Shown here: positions 37,788 to 47,773 of the stretch, piece after piece
How positions within the stretch are numbered: the first letter of the stretch is position 1
Layout of the letters: each line of letters begins with the position of its first letter
Assembly: GCA_012511885.1 (NCBI GenBank)
Contig: JAAZFE010000124.1
Span: forward strand, 1-63,451
Reading direction: 5' to 3'
DNA: 63,451 nucleotides
Source: Lentisphaerota bacterium
Lineage (GTDB): Bacteria; Verrucomicrobiota; Kiritimatiellia; CAIQIC01; Lenti-01
The notes under the pieces: model-generated
The model's input: only the letters and a program-made list of their open reading frames with translations
Databases searched by the model: none
Told to the model about the DNA's origin: nothing
Made by a program: the position numbers and the translations under genes

Positions 37788-38749
37788 GCCTCGTCTCCGG
37801 CCGATGTAGATGGAGGTTTGAAAAGGCGTCGGCGCAAACGCCGCCATCCCGGAATCAGCTGACCGGCCAGGTCCATTGGACGCCATATGGCCGGCCATGC
37901 CAAAGCCGCCTGCAGCAACAGCCATTTTTTGCGTCGCAATGACATGGCAGGCGAATACCGGATGGTGTGCAGAAGCACTCCGCAACGCGAAGCTCGTCGC
38001 CAGCGAACCGGCCCGCGGCGGATATCTGGATTCTCTCGCATCATTCGCGCGAAACTCTCAATGATCCGTTGGTTCTGCTGATCCCGCTGGCCTTCATGCA
38101 TTCGGCGGGATGCCCAGACAGCATCCACTTTGAGTGCGGGGCGGCGCATAATCATGCGCAGCCAGCACTCGGTGTCGGCATTGAAATAGTCGGGCGACCA
38201 CCCCCCCGCTTCCCAAAAGGCCTCGCGGCGAAAAAAGGCGGCCGGTTGAAGAATGACTGTCTGTTTTGTCAAAAAGTTTTCGATGGAAAATGGATCGGAG
38301 ACCCAACGGGAAAGCTCTTTGCCCTGCGCATCCACTTTGATGGTGTCCGCATAGATGAGCGCCATGTCCGGATGCCGAGCAAAGGTGGCGGCGGCATGGG
38401 AGAATGCGCCAGGCAGGTAAAAATCATCCGAGCTTTGGATGGCGCAAATATCGCCACGGGCTTGGCGCATGCCTTTGTTCACGGCGTCCACCACCCCGTC
38501 ATCCGGTTCGGAGGTCCATTGCAACTCGGGAAGGTTTCCCAAAGATGTGAGAACTTCCACGGTGTTGTCGGGAGATGCTCCATCCATCACGATGACTTCA
38601 ATGGGGTGATAATCCTGGGTCAGACAGGACTCGATGGTTTGGCGAATGAACGCGCCCTGATTATAGCTGGGCACCACCACGGAAATCAGCGGACGGGCAG
38701 GCAGAGAGGATAATGGGGTCGCAGGCGGCATGGCAGCAGACCTCCTCAT
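37784..38749 (-). CDS. GT2-family glycosyltransferase
   Basis: ISVVVPSYNQGAFIRQTIESCLTQ...VIVMDGASPDNT...QSSDD. The ATG at 38749 forms an ATGA overlap. Confidence 0.85.
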   Translation of the reverse strand: MRRSAAMPPATPLSSLPARPLISVVVPSYNQGAFIRQTIESCLTQDYHPIEVIVMDGASPDNTVEVLTSLGNLPELQWTSEPDDGVVDAVNKGMRQARGDICAIQSSDDFYLPGAFSHAAATFARHPDMALIYADTIKVDAQGKELSRWVSDPFSIENFLTKQTVILQPAAFFRREAFWEAGGWSPDYFNADTECWLRMIMRRPALKVDAVWASRRMHEGQRDQQNQRIIESFARMMRENPDIRRGPVRWRRASRCGVLLHTIRYSPAMSLRRKKWLLLQAALAWPAIWRPMDLAGQLIPGWRRLRRRLFKPPSTSAGDEA

Positions 38750-39759
38750 GAGATGGCAGCGCAATCCTCGATCCAGGCCTGCACCAGCGGACGCTCTTCA
38801 ACCGGGAAAATTTCTTCTCGGATCAATGCTTCATAACAGGCCAGCAGATTGCCGGCTACGGCTTCTTCTCCGGCTGCCAGGGCAACATTCGACAGGATGT
38901 CGGCGATGCGCGAGTTGTGCAGATAGCCGGGCACTTCATCCTGGAAGTCGCGCAAGTAGTCATGGGGATTTCGGTCTTGAAACACTTCCGGCGCGTGATA
39001 AACCACGCCCGTCCCCAAGGCCCAAAGGCAGCGTTGGGCCACAAAGCTTTTCCAGATATCGCACATGCGGAAAGAGCAATAGCTGGGCACATACAGCAGC
39101 GGATAAGCCACGGGCCACCACCATGTGCTTTGCGTGTTGAACGGGCACCACTGGCCAGCGGCCAGCGCGACTGGCGCGCGCGGCTCAAAATCGAACGGAC
39201 GGTCTTGAGTGAGCCGCCACACGGCATCCACGTCGGGAGAACCATTCACCAGGCCCTGCTGTACTGGCGCCCGAAATATGCCATCGGCAGATTGACTTTC
39301 GGTCAGCTCGTCTGCCAAGCGTTCCAGCGGAAAACCTCGCGGCCAGATTTGGGGGTTATCCGTAAAATATCGAAACACATTGATCCAGTTCCGGCCCGAC
39401 ACCATGCGTGGCGAGGCCACCATTTCAGACCGCGGGGCCCAGGATTCAAGCGGAGCGTTGTCATCATCGGTTTCATAAATACACGCCGCACCGGCACGTA
39501 TGGCGTACAAATAGGCGATATTTTTGCGCGCGTAATGGCCCACGGGCAGGATATTGGCCAAAGCCAGACCGCTGTTCTGCTGGTCGGTCAGAGAAAGGAA
39601 ATCACAGCCGGGCAAATCAAAATCGGGAGGGCCCTTGCGATCCCCGGCAACAATCAGGCGACCGCCCAGTTGAGTTAAACGCCGATGCAATTCGCGAACC
39701 GCAGGAGTTGGGCGCTGGATGCTGGTGATGACGGCAAATAATGATGGAGATGTATTCAT
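38746..39759 (-). CDS. DUF288/STELLO-like putative glycosyltransferase
   Basis: FAVITSIQRPTPAV...IVAGDRKGP...HYARKNIAYLYAIRAGAACIYETDDDNAP resembles my recollection of the DUF288 core. Not verified. Confidence 0.45.
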   Translation of the reverse strand: MNTSPSLFAVITSIQRPTPAVRELHRRLTQLGGRLIVAGDRKGPPDFDLPGCDFLSLTDQQNSGLALANILPVGHYARKNIAYLYAIRAGAACIYETDDDNAPLESWAPRSEMVASPRMVSGRNWINVFRYFTDNPQIWPRGFPLERLADELTESQSADGIFRAPVQQGLVNGSPDVDAVWRLTQDRPFDFEPRAPVALAAGQWCPFNTQSTWWWPVAYPLLYVPSYCSFRMCDIWKSFVAQRCLWALGTGVVYHAPEVFQDRNPHDYLRDFQDEVPGYLHNSRIADILSNVALAAGEEAVAGNLLACYEALIREEIFPVEERPLVQAWIEDCAAIS

Positions 39760-41015
39760 GGTGTCCCTTCATCCGGCCACAAGGCGCAGGTTCCGCGAAC
39801 GGCGATGAATCCTTCTCGCGCTTCTCCGCGGTATCCCCCGCCATAGAGGTCGGTTTCTACAACATCAAAACTCAACGCCCCGTCCACCCGGTCGATCAAA
39901 CGCACTCCCGGCTCAAACGCGAGCAGATCCAACGAATAGGCGCCGGCCATCAGGGGTAAGTCTTGAACTTCGAGCCGCACATGTTCGCGTGAATAGCGGC
40001 GCGCAGAGCCAAAGCCGCCGGCCATGGCGGTGTTGAAGTGGAAGATTTTTTGATCAAATACGGATCGGACCGTCAAGCCGACCACTGCGGAAGGGAATTG
40101 GTTCAGTCCCTCGACAACTACTTCCACCCGCAAGGACTCGCCGGTGCGCGCGGCCGTCACGGGATACCCCTGGTCGTCCACCAGGCGCGCGGCACGCACC
40201 AACAGCGGTGAGTGCGCGAAAAGCGGTTTGCGCTCGTGAAAGGCGACAAAGCCCTGATTGTCAGCAGTATGCGGGTCATCAATGGAATGGATATAGGTTT
40301 CGATGACTTGATCGGTCGGCCCCAAGGCCGCCACCCTGCCCTGCCGGAGCAAGAGTGTTCTATGGCACAGGCTGCCCACCGCGGCCATATTGTGGCTGAC
40401 AAAAAGGACGGTGCGTCCGCCGCCGGCCACCTCCTTCATGGCCCCAAGACACTTGCGTTGAAAGGCCATGTCACCCACAGCCAGCACTTCATCAATCAGC
40501 AAAATTTCCGGGCGCAAATGAGCGGCCACCGCAAAAGCCAGGCGCACCTGCATACCGGAACTGTAGCGTTTGACGGGGGTGTCCATGAAGGCCTCCAGCC
40601 CGGCAAAATCCACGATGCGATCATATTCATCCAGAATTTCACGGCGACGCAGCCCCAGAATGGTGCCATTGAGAAAGATATTCTCCTTGCCGGTCAGATC
40701 GGGATGAAAACCGGTGCCCACCTCAAGCAGGGAGCCGATTCGACCGTGCAGGACGGCGTTGCCACTGGAGGGATCGGTGATGCCCGCGAGAATCTTGAGC
40801 AGGGTGCTTTTGCCGGCGCCATTGGGGCCAATGACACCGAAAACCTCCCCCTCCTCGACCACAAAGTTGATATCCGCGAGCGCGTGCAGCACTTCGGCTG
40901 AAGCCGCGCGGCGGCCGCGCAATCTCTCCACCAGGCGCGCGGACCACTCCCGGTGGATTTCGCCAAGTTGGAACACCTTGCCAAGGCTTTCAACTTCAAT
41001 GACCGGCGCGCTCAT
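39756..41015 (-). CDS. wzt: Polysaccharide/O-antigen ABC exporter ATP-binding protein with a C-terminal extension
   Basis: Walker A GPNGAGKST, signature YSSGMQVRL, Walker B LLIDEVLAVGD. A tail of about 170 aa follows the NBD, as in Wzt carbohydrate-binding domains. Confidence 0.9.
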   Translation of the reverse strand: MSAPVIEVESLGKVFQLGEIHREWSARLVERLRGRRAASAEVLHALADINFVVEEGEVFGVIGPNGAGKSTLLKILAGITDPSSGNAVLHGRIGSLLEVGTGFHPDLTGKENIFLNGTILGLRRREILDEYDRIVDFAGLEAFMDTPVKRYSSGMQVRLAFAVAAHLRPEILLIDEVLAVGDMAFQRKCLGAMKEVAGGGRTVLFVSHNMAAVGSLCHRTLLLRQGRVAALGPTDQVIETYIHSIDDPHTADNQGFVAFHERKPLFAHSPLLVRAARLVDDQGYPVTAARTGESLRVEVVVEGLNQFPSAVVGLTVRSVFDQKIFHFNTAMAGGFGSARRYSREHVRLEVQDLPLMAGAYSLDLLAFEPGVRLIDRVDGALSFDVVETDLYGGGYRGEAREGFIAVRGTCALWPDEGTP

Positions 41016-41851
41016 ATCACATCCGCCACCGTACGCTCGACCCGCCGGAAAAATATCATGCCAGTCAACAGGACCAGCAGGGCGATGCCAAAACCAAGAC
41101 TCATCCACCCCCACCCGGTTACATGCTTGCCCAGCAAAGACCAGCGGAATCCCTCCACCACCCCGGTCATGGGATTGAGCTGTAGGATCCACTGATAGTT
41201 ATCCGGCAGCAGAGTGACCGCATAGACTACCGGAGTGACGAACAGTCCCAGTTGCAACAGATAAGGCACCAGATGATGGATATCGCGGTAGCGCACGGCC
41301 ATCGCGCTCAACCACAAACCGCATCCGCCGGCAAAGACAATCGCCGGCAGCAGAAATACTGGGAACAACAGGATTGGCAGCCCAAAGACCATGTCCGCGC
41401 GATACCACACCATCATGCCGAACAGCACCGCCATGGAGAGCGCCAAGTCAATCAATCCGGTCAAAAGATAGGAGAAAGGCAGGATCATGCGCGGGAAATA
41501 GACTTTGCTGATCATGGTGCTGCCCGCCAGCAGACTTCCCGTGGCGCTGGTGACCGTGGTTGTGAAATAGGTCCAAGGCAGCAGCCCGGCAAAAAGAAAG
41601 ATGGGATAAGGAACGCCGTCGGAAGGCAGGTTGGCCAGCCGGCCAAAGACCACGCTGAACACCAGCATCTGGATCACGGGCTTGAGCACGGCCCAGGCAA
41701 TGCCGATCACACTTTGTTTGTAACGGACGGTCAGGTTGCGCCACATCAGGGTGAACAGCAAATCCCGATAGGCCCACAGCTCATCAAGCGCCAAATCCAG
41801 CCAACCGCTGCGTGGGCGGCGGACATAGGTAGTCCGCGGTGTCTCCATCAT
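41012..41851 (-). CDS. wzm: ABC-2 type polysaccharide exporter permease
   Basis: LWAYRDLLFTLMWRNLTVRYKQSVIGIAWAVLKP plus 6 TM segments. ATGA overlaps on both sides. Confidence 0.8.
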   Translation of the reverse strand: MMETPRTTYVRRPRSGWLDLALDELWAYRDLLFTLMWRNLTVRYKQSVIGIAWAVLKPVIQMLVFSVVFGRLANLPSDGVPYPIFLFAGLLPWTYFTTTVTSATGSLLAGSTMISKVYFPRMILPFSYLLTGLIDLALSMAVLFGMMVWYRADMVFGLPILLFPVFLLPAIVFAGGCGLWLSAMAVRYRDIHHLVPYLLQLGLFVTPVVYAVTLLPDNYQWILQLNPMTGVVEGFRWSLLGKHVTGWGWMSLGFGIALLVLLTGMIFFRRVERTVADVI

Positions 41852-43164
41852 GCTTGGGTCGCCGGTCGTTTGCGCTTGGATCGCGGCGGACGGGCTCCGA
41901 GCCAGATGCCGATCCATGTGGCAGTAAGCAAAGTCAGCAAAGGAATCCGCAGAGGAAAATCAACCAAGCTGTGCAGTGCAAAAGCGACGATGGCCAAGCC
42001 AAAGGCGTGCCGCTCGAAATCGCCATAGGCCGGGATCTCGCCCTCTTCAATGGAGGTTTTCCGGCGGGCAGAAAAAACCATGAAAGCCAACACCAAGAGG
42101 ATCGCCAAGCCCGCCCATCCATATTCCACCAGAAATTGGACCGGCTCGTTATGAGCATGCAAAATGGTGTGCCGGGCATATTCGGCAGACTGGTAATAGG
42201 GGAACACAACGGGAAAGGCGCCCGGGCCTATGCCCCAGATCGGCCGTGCCCGCCAGGCCTCCAAGGCATGTTTGAGAATGCCCGAACGGAAGGCCCATTC
42301 CCGCACGATGACTTCGAGTTCTCGCCATTCCAGCCTAAACGCACGCACAGCAAACCCCAGAGACACCATAACCAGCAGCGTTCCTACGATTTTAAAGGCG
42401 GTCGAGGCCGGAACCGTTGCAAAGGGATAATTGGCTGTCGTCCGCCAACGCACCAAGAAAAGCGCGGCAATCGAGAATGTCATAATGGCCATCCCGGCAC
42501 GGGACTGACACATCACCATGCTGATGGCAATCAAGACCCCAACCAAGTAGAACAATCCAGCCGGACTGGACGGAAAGCCAACCTGGACCGCCCGGAACCG
42601 CGCGCGACAAGCTGTGAATAGCGCAATCGGCAGAAGAAGATTGGCAAAAACAGCGTAATGGTTTTCATTGACGAAAATTCCGGTAAACTCACGGAAGCGC
42701 GGCGCGCTGGGTTCCAACCGCTGGGCAATAACCACCAGCGCCATGACACCGGCCGCCACCGCCAGAACGCCACCCAGCCAGCCGACCTGCCGGCGCGGCA
42801 AAGCAAAGCCGGCAGCCACTGCGGCGCAAATGGCCACACCCAAACGAACTACGATCCAAGTGCCCGTGGGATAGGCTGACGCCGGCCAGTGCAGCCAATG
42901 CTCGCGAGGCAGCAAACCGAGCCCGGGAGTCCATTCATGGGAAGCATTCCAGGCGTAGAAACTCATGAAAACCAGCCAGCCCAAAGCTGCCAGCCAAACC
43001 CGCAATGGTGGCAAGCGGAATGGCAGGCAAGCCAATAAGATCAGCACACCCAATCCGGGCAACAAGACCATATTCCACGGCTCGGGCAATTGAGCAGGCC
43101 ATCCGGCCGCAACCAACAGCAACACGAGCAAGGCTAATAAAATAGAGGCGCGCAGGGTGTTCAT
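41848..43164 (-). CDS. O-antigen ligase/Wzy_C-family membrane protein
   Basis: CQSRAGMAIMTF and HAHNEPVQFLVEYGWAGL (typical of the family). Polytopic. Confidence 0.7.
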   Translation of the reverse strand: MNTLRASILLALLVLLLVAAGWPAQLPEPWNMVLLPGLGVLILLACLPFRLPPLRVWLAALGWLVFMSFYAWNASHEWTPGLGLLPREHWLHWPASAYPTGTWIVVRLGVAICAAVAAGFALPRRQVGWLGGVLAVAAGVMALVVIAQRLEPSAPRFREFTGIFVNENHYAVFANLLLPIALFTACRARFRAVQVGFPSSPAGLFYLVGVLIAISMVMCQSRAGMAIMTFSIAALFLVRWRTTANYPFATVPASTAFKIVGTLLVMVSLGFAVRAFRLEWRELEVIVREWAFRSGILKHALEAWRARPIWGIGPGAFPVVFPYYQSAEYARHTILHAHNEPVQFLVEYGWAGLAILLVLAFMVFSARRKTSIEEGEIPAYGDFERHAFGLAIVAFALHSLVDFPLRIPLLTLLTATWIGIWLGARPPRSKRKRPATQA

Positions 43165-45314
43165 GCCTCCTCCGGGACGGACATGACCGTTGGCCTGGCC
43201 TGATAGGCCTGGTAACCATAGCCGCCATAACGTCGATAATAATAATAGTTGGCAAAAGAGCTCAAGTTGACCCCATTGAGCACAATGCCGAGACAAGGCG
43301 TGCCGCTATCGCGCAACTTGACCATGGCGTGGCTTGCTCCCAGGCTGTGGGTGACCCCGTAGCGCACAACAAAGAGGACCCCGTCCACGTCCGGCAGCAA
43401 AACCAGGCTGTCGCTGACCCCAAGAATGGGCGGCGCGTCCACAATAACATGTTTGTAGATTTCTTTGGCCCCATTAAAAATATCCGCCAAAATTTTCCGT
43501 CCGAGCAATTCCGATGGGTGGGAAGGCAGGCGGCCCGCTGGCAGCGCATCAAGATGGGGAGTGGCGGTTGCCTGCACCGTATCACGCCAGTACATATGTC
43601 CTTTGAGCGCCTCAGCCAAACCGGGAGCCTGTGAAGGTATTCCAAATATCTTGGACAGGGATGGGCGGCGCAGGTCTCCACCGATCAGCAAGGTCCGGCG
43701 GCCATCGCGGGCCAGACTAATCGCCAGATTGCTGGCAATCAGAGATTTGCCTTCGCTGGGCCCGGCGCTGGTCACCATCACAACAGGCGCCTGCAAGATT
43801 TCACCTTTCAGCAACAGGCTGGCCCGCAACGTGCGGAAGGCCTCGGCGATCTCTCCAGACGACTTGAGCTCGGCAACTTGTCCGCGTTCACTATCGGTCT
43901 TGTCGAGGATCAACGGCACGGTCGCCAGAACCGGCAGCCCCAAAATGCGCTCGATTTCTTCACTGCGGCGGAAACGGTGGTCGGCATAATAAAAGAGAAA
44001 GATGGCGCCCAGGCCCAAAATGCCTCCGAATAGCGCGCCCCTGGCCAAAGCCTGTCCCATGCGCGGACGAAAGGGAATTTTGGCCGGTCGCGCCTCTTCG
44101 ACCAAACGGATGATGTCCGTAGGCAACGATTCCGAGATACTGGCCTCCTTCATTCGCGCCAAAACCGCGCGGTGAATTTCCTGATCGGTATCGATATTAC
44201 GCTTCAGTTCATTATAGCGAACCAGTTTGCGATCCAGCTCAAAGGCTTCTTGTTCCTGTTCGGCCAGCGCCTCTTGCAGGTGGCGCTCATGTTCCACAAG
44301 CACTTTATATTGCCGTTCAAGCGCATAGACCGCATTCGAGCAGGCCTGCTCGAGCTGATTCGCCAGTTTTTGCTCGGATTCAAGCGCCTGCTGAAGATCC
44401 GGATGCTGTTCACGATAACGCTGGCGCAGGTTCGCGATTTCACGGTTTTTCTCCTGAAGGCGCTGACGAGCTTGTTCCACCTCTCCCACACTCAACAAAG
44501 AAGCAATTTGAACCGCCGGCACACCGCTCTGCAGTTGCTGCTGAACATTTTTCCAGTTGGTTTCCGCCCGGATGCGTTCGGTCTGGGCAACCGTCAGTGC
44601 GGAATTCAGCGCCTTGAGCTTTTCGATCACAATATTCTGGTCATCTTCGAGCGATACCGATCCCGTCTGCTCGCGATATTCCTGGAGTTCGTGGAACCCT
44701 TTTTCAAGTTTTTGGCGATACTCCTCCGAGCGTTCATGCAACCAATCAATGGCCTGCATGGAGGCGCCCATGCGATTATCGAGGTCCTGCTGAATATAGG
44801 CTCCCGCCAACGCATTGGCCAAATCGCTGGCGATTTGGGGGTCGGAATGCTCGACCGTGATATTGATCATGCGGCTTTTTTCGATGGCGGTGATCGTGAC
44901 CCAGCCGCGAATACGATCCATCTTGGCTTCCACGCTGAGCCCGGGAAGAAAGCTGTCGCGATCGGCCAGACCGCTTTGCCGAAGGGCCTCGGCCAACATG
45001 CTGCGACTGTGCAACGCGTTGAGGTGCGTGTTAAAATACTCCAAATTCCGAATGTTGTACGCCATGAGATCCTGATAATTCAGGATTTTGGGGATCTGCG
45101 CTTCCACCATCAGCGTGGCCGTACTTCGGTAATAGGGAATTTGCCGTCGGGCCTGAAAGAAAAACAGCAGGAACACAATCACCGCCACGAACAGCCCGAG
45201 CCAAAACCGTTCGATCAAAATGGCCACACCTTCGCGCCAATCGAAGCGCCGCGTGGAGTCCAGATCGGCCTCGGCGCCTCCGGCAATATAGGGATTGGGT
45301 TTCATCGGGGGCAT
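43161..45314 (-). CDS. wzc: Polysaccharide co-polymerase / tyrosine autokinase (PCP-2a)
   Basis: Wzz-like N-terminus, long coiled-coil periplasmic region, Walker A TSAGPSEGKS, VIVDAPPILGVSD, and C-terminal Tyr cluster NYYYYRRYGGYGYQAY. Confidence 0.9.
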   Translation of the reverse strand: MPPMKPNPYIAGGAEADLDSTRRFDWREGVAILIERFWLGLFVAVIVFLLFFFQARRQIPYYRSTATLMVEAQIPKILNYQDLMAYNIRNLEYFNTHLNALHSRSMLAEALRQSGLADRDSFLPGLSVEAKMDRIRGWVTITAIEKSRMINITVEHSDPQIASDLANALAGAYIQQDLDNRMGASMQAIDWLHERSEEYRQKLEKGFHELQEYREQTGSVSLEDDQNIVIEKLKALNSALTVAQTERIRAETNWKNVQQQLQSGVPAVQIASLLSVGEVEQARQRLQEKNREIANLRQRYREQHPDLQQALESEQKLANQLEQACSNAVYALERQYKVLVEHERHLQEALAEQEQEAFELDRKLVRYNELKRNIDTDQEIHRAVLARMKEASISESLPTDIIRLVEEARPAKIPFRPRMGQALARGALFGGILGLGAIFLFYYADHRFRRSEEIERILGLPVLATVPLILDKTDSERGQVAELKSSGEIAEAFRTLRASLLLKGEILQAPVVMVTSAGPSEGKSLIASNLAISLARDGRRTLLIGGDLRRPSLSKIFGIPSQAPGLAEALKGHMYWRDTVQATATPHLDALPAGRLPSHPSELLGRKILADIFNGAKEIYKHVIVDAPPILGVSDSLVLLPDVDGVLFVVRYGVTHSLGASHAMVKLRDSGTPCLGIVLNGVNLSSFANYYYYRRYGGYGYQAYQARPTVMSVPEEA

Positions 45315-45326
45315 GTGCGCTGGCGG

Positions 45327-46403
45327 CTAAAAGAAAACTTGGGGAACCATAATGACATCGTTGGGCTCAAGAGGAAGGTCCGGCTGCTTGCGACGCTTGC
45401 TGAGCAGATCTGACACGCGGATTTTCATGGTGGTCTGGCCGCCATCCGGCAGACGGCGCACCAGGCTGATGCGATCCGGGCTGGCCAGATCAGTAAAGCC
45501 CCCCGCTCCGGCAATCGCTTGGAGCAAGGTCATGGTTTCGCCCACTTCCAGAGGATATACCCCCGGCTTTTTGACTTCGCCCAGCACCACGATTTGCGAA
45601 CTTTGCGTCGAGGCCAGCCGGAAGATCACCCGCGGATTCACCAGATAATCTTTGTTGAGCCGGCGTGTAAAATCCCGCTCAGCCGCTTCCAGGGTTTTGC
45701 CCGCCATGGGAACCGCCCCCAGCAAGGGGTGCCGGATCTCCCCGTTCAACCCAAGTTTGAATAGCCCGGACAGGTCCGGTTCACGATAAATCTGGATGTC
45801 TATTTCATCGTTGGGTTGCAAAATATGGATGGTGGTCTCGGCAGAAACAGGACTGTCCGGCGCATCTTTCTTGGCGGCTTTGGCGGTCGCCGCGGCCTTG
45901 GCTTCAGCGGCGGCCTGCCGTGCTTCCTGACGACGGGTCGCCTCCTCTTGCTTGGCAGCGGCAGCGGCTTCCTTCTTGGCCAACGCCGCTTGCTTGGCCT
46001 CTTCGCGCTGGCGCGCCTTTTCATCGGCCGCAGCTTGCTTTGCGGCCGCCGCCTCCTGTTTAGCCTCAAGAGCCGCTGCGCGTTGCTCCGCTTTGGTCAG
46101 GCGGGCCACGGTGACGGCCGCCTTGCCGGTCAGCGCCGATTCACTCTTGGCGGAGAGTGCTTTCTTTGGAGAGGGCGGCTTGGGGTCTGTTTTCTTTTGA
46201 ACCGATTTTTTTGCGGTAGTTTTCCGGGCCGCCGGCTCTTGAGATTTGGCCGGTTTCGCTGTTTTTACCTCGGTAGAACCCGCAGCCTGGGGATCAAGAA
46301 TACCGCTGGGCGGCAACGGCAACGGCCGGGGAGCAGTGCAGCCCGAAAAACCAGATATTACCGCCAGCAGCAGTAAACCATATCCGCCACGACGCCATAA
46401 CAT
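45327..46403 (-). CDS. wza: Outer-membrane polysaccharide export lipoprotein (Poly_export + SLBB) with a long K/A/E/Q-rich linker
   Basis: Lipobox LLLLAVISGFSGC and a low-complexity linker of about 150 aa. Then ILQPNDEIDIQIY...GEIRHPLLGAVPMAGKT...DYLVNPRV and VVLGEVKKPGVYPL. Confidence 0.85.
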   Translation of the reverse strand: MLWRRGGYGLLLLAVISGFSGCTAPRPLPLPPSGILDPQAAGSTEVKTAKPAKSQEPAARKTTAKKSVQKKTDPKPPSPKKALSAKSESALTGKAAVTVARLTKAEQRAAALEAKQEAAAAKQAAADEKARQREEAKQAALAKKEAAAAAKQEEATRRQEARQAAAEAKAAATAKAAKKDAPDSPVSAETTIHILQPNDEIDIQIYREPDLSGLFKLGLNGEIRHPLLGAVPMAGKTLEAAERDFTRRLNKDYLVNPRVIFRLASTQSSQIVVLGEVKKPGVYPLEVGETMTLLQAIAGAGGFTDLASPDRISLVRRLPDGGQTTMKIRVSDLLSKRRKQPDLPLEPNDVIMVPQVFF

Positions 46404-46483
46404 GGACCAACTCTCCACCACCAAACCTTTATATCATATTTATGGAGGATGGAAACAAGCAAATCGCTCCGCCGTCAAACGGA

Positions 46484-47773
46484 TCAATAGTTCCAACTGG
46501 CCCGCAACACCCAGCGGCCGTACTCATAAGAGGTTCTTTCCCGGGTATCTTCGCGGGCTTCACGACTGCCCCTCCGTTCCTGATAGGAATAGGCCAGACC
46601 CAACGAGAAATTCTGTTTGGTCCACCAGTCCAGACTCACGTTGAATCCCCAATAATTGTCGGTGCGTCCGTCGTACACACGGTCATCTTCCAGCACATGC
46701 CGCCCATGATACTCCACCCGGCCGAAATTGACAGAGGCCCCCCCGCGCAACCGCTCGATAAACAAACGCCGGGAAACACTGCCCGTAAGGCCTTGGTCAA
46801 CCGCATCCAGCCCGGTTTGATCCACGGCCGGACGGATATCCGCATACAACTCCAACCCGAAGGTGCTCAAACCCATGGGCGAACTCTCCGCACTGACCGA
46901 GGCAACCCAATTTTCATAATCCGCGCGCCCCGCGTCATCATACGTGCGCCACATGTAGCCGACGCGCCCCGACGAAGAAAACTTGGGCGATTGTTTGCCC
47001 CGCACCCCGATGGAAAGATCATAGTAATCGGCCGCGCTGACGTTGTCCCGCTGGCGCCGGGGCTCATCCCGCCCTACTCCACCCTGGAAAAAACCTTCGC
47101 TTTTAGCCGTCACCCGGTGATACAGACGGCCAGCGCCATAGTAACGGTCATAGGTCACATAGCGGTCGTCATCAAAGTCATGCCGTTCCACGCGCCCGAC
47201 GGCGCCGAGGCTGGATTTGCCGGAAACGCGATGTTCCAGGTTCACATCCGCAAAATAGTCCTGCCGCGCAATGCGCGCCCCCACGAGCAAATCCACCTGC
47301 TCGACATAACGCAGTCCAAGCTGGCTGTTGATCTGTGTTTTGGGCCCGCGATATACCATCCCCAGCCGCAACAGATGGCTGGGCTTCTCATCCACCACAT
47401 CGTGCTCGCTGTGATAGATGGGCACGTTGATGCCGTAATCCGCGAAGAGATGATTGTTGGCCGGGCGGCCCCAGATGGCCAGCATCCCCGCCGCCAAATC
47501 CACCGTGGTGAGCGGCGTTTTCTTATCGGGATCGAGGAAGATATTATCCTCCTGCACCACCGCCAGCGTCACCCGCGGCAAAACGGCGCCGGTGGTCTTG
47601 GCGGGGATATAGAACGGATCAAACACAGCCCCGCCCTGATCCAGATAATAGGCCGCCTCGACGCCACGGGTATAAAACCCCGCGGAGAAGGAATCACTTG
47701 CCGCCCAGCTCCCGGCGGGAACCGCCAGGAACAGGATGAAGAACGCGCCAAGTTCTGAAAGTCGGCGCCTCAC
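46484..47773 (-). CDS. Putative outer-membrane beta-barrel protein of the export locus
   Basis: Signal peptide MRRRLSELGAFFILFLAVPAGSWA, alternating beta-strand-like pattern with frequent Y/G/R/D, and a C-terminus LRASWNY ending in an aromatic residue. GTGA overlap with the upstream gene. Confidence 0.55.
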   Translation of the reverse strand: MRRRLSELGAFFILFLAVPAGSWAASDSFSAGFYTRGVEAAYYLDQGGAVFDPFYIPAKTTGAVLPRVTLAVVQEDNIFLDPDKKTPLTTVDLAAGMLAIWGRPANNHLFADYGINVPIYHSEHDVVDEKPSHLLRLGMVYRGPKTQINSQLGLRYVEQVDLLVGARIARQDYFADVNLEHRVSGKSSLGAVGRVERHDFDDDRYVTYDRYYGAGRLYHRVTAKSEGFFQGGVGRDEPRRQRDNVSAADYYDLSIGVRGKQSPKFSSSGRVGYMWRTYDDAGRADYENWVASVSAESSPMGLSTFGLELYADIRPAVDQTGLDAVDQGLTGSVSRRLFIERLRGGASVNFGRVEYHGRHVLEDDRVYDGRTDNYWGFNVSLDWWTKQNFSLGLAYSYQERRGSREAREDTRERTSYEYGRWVLRASWNY

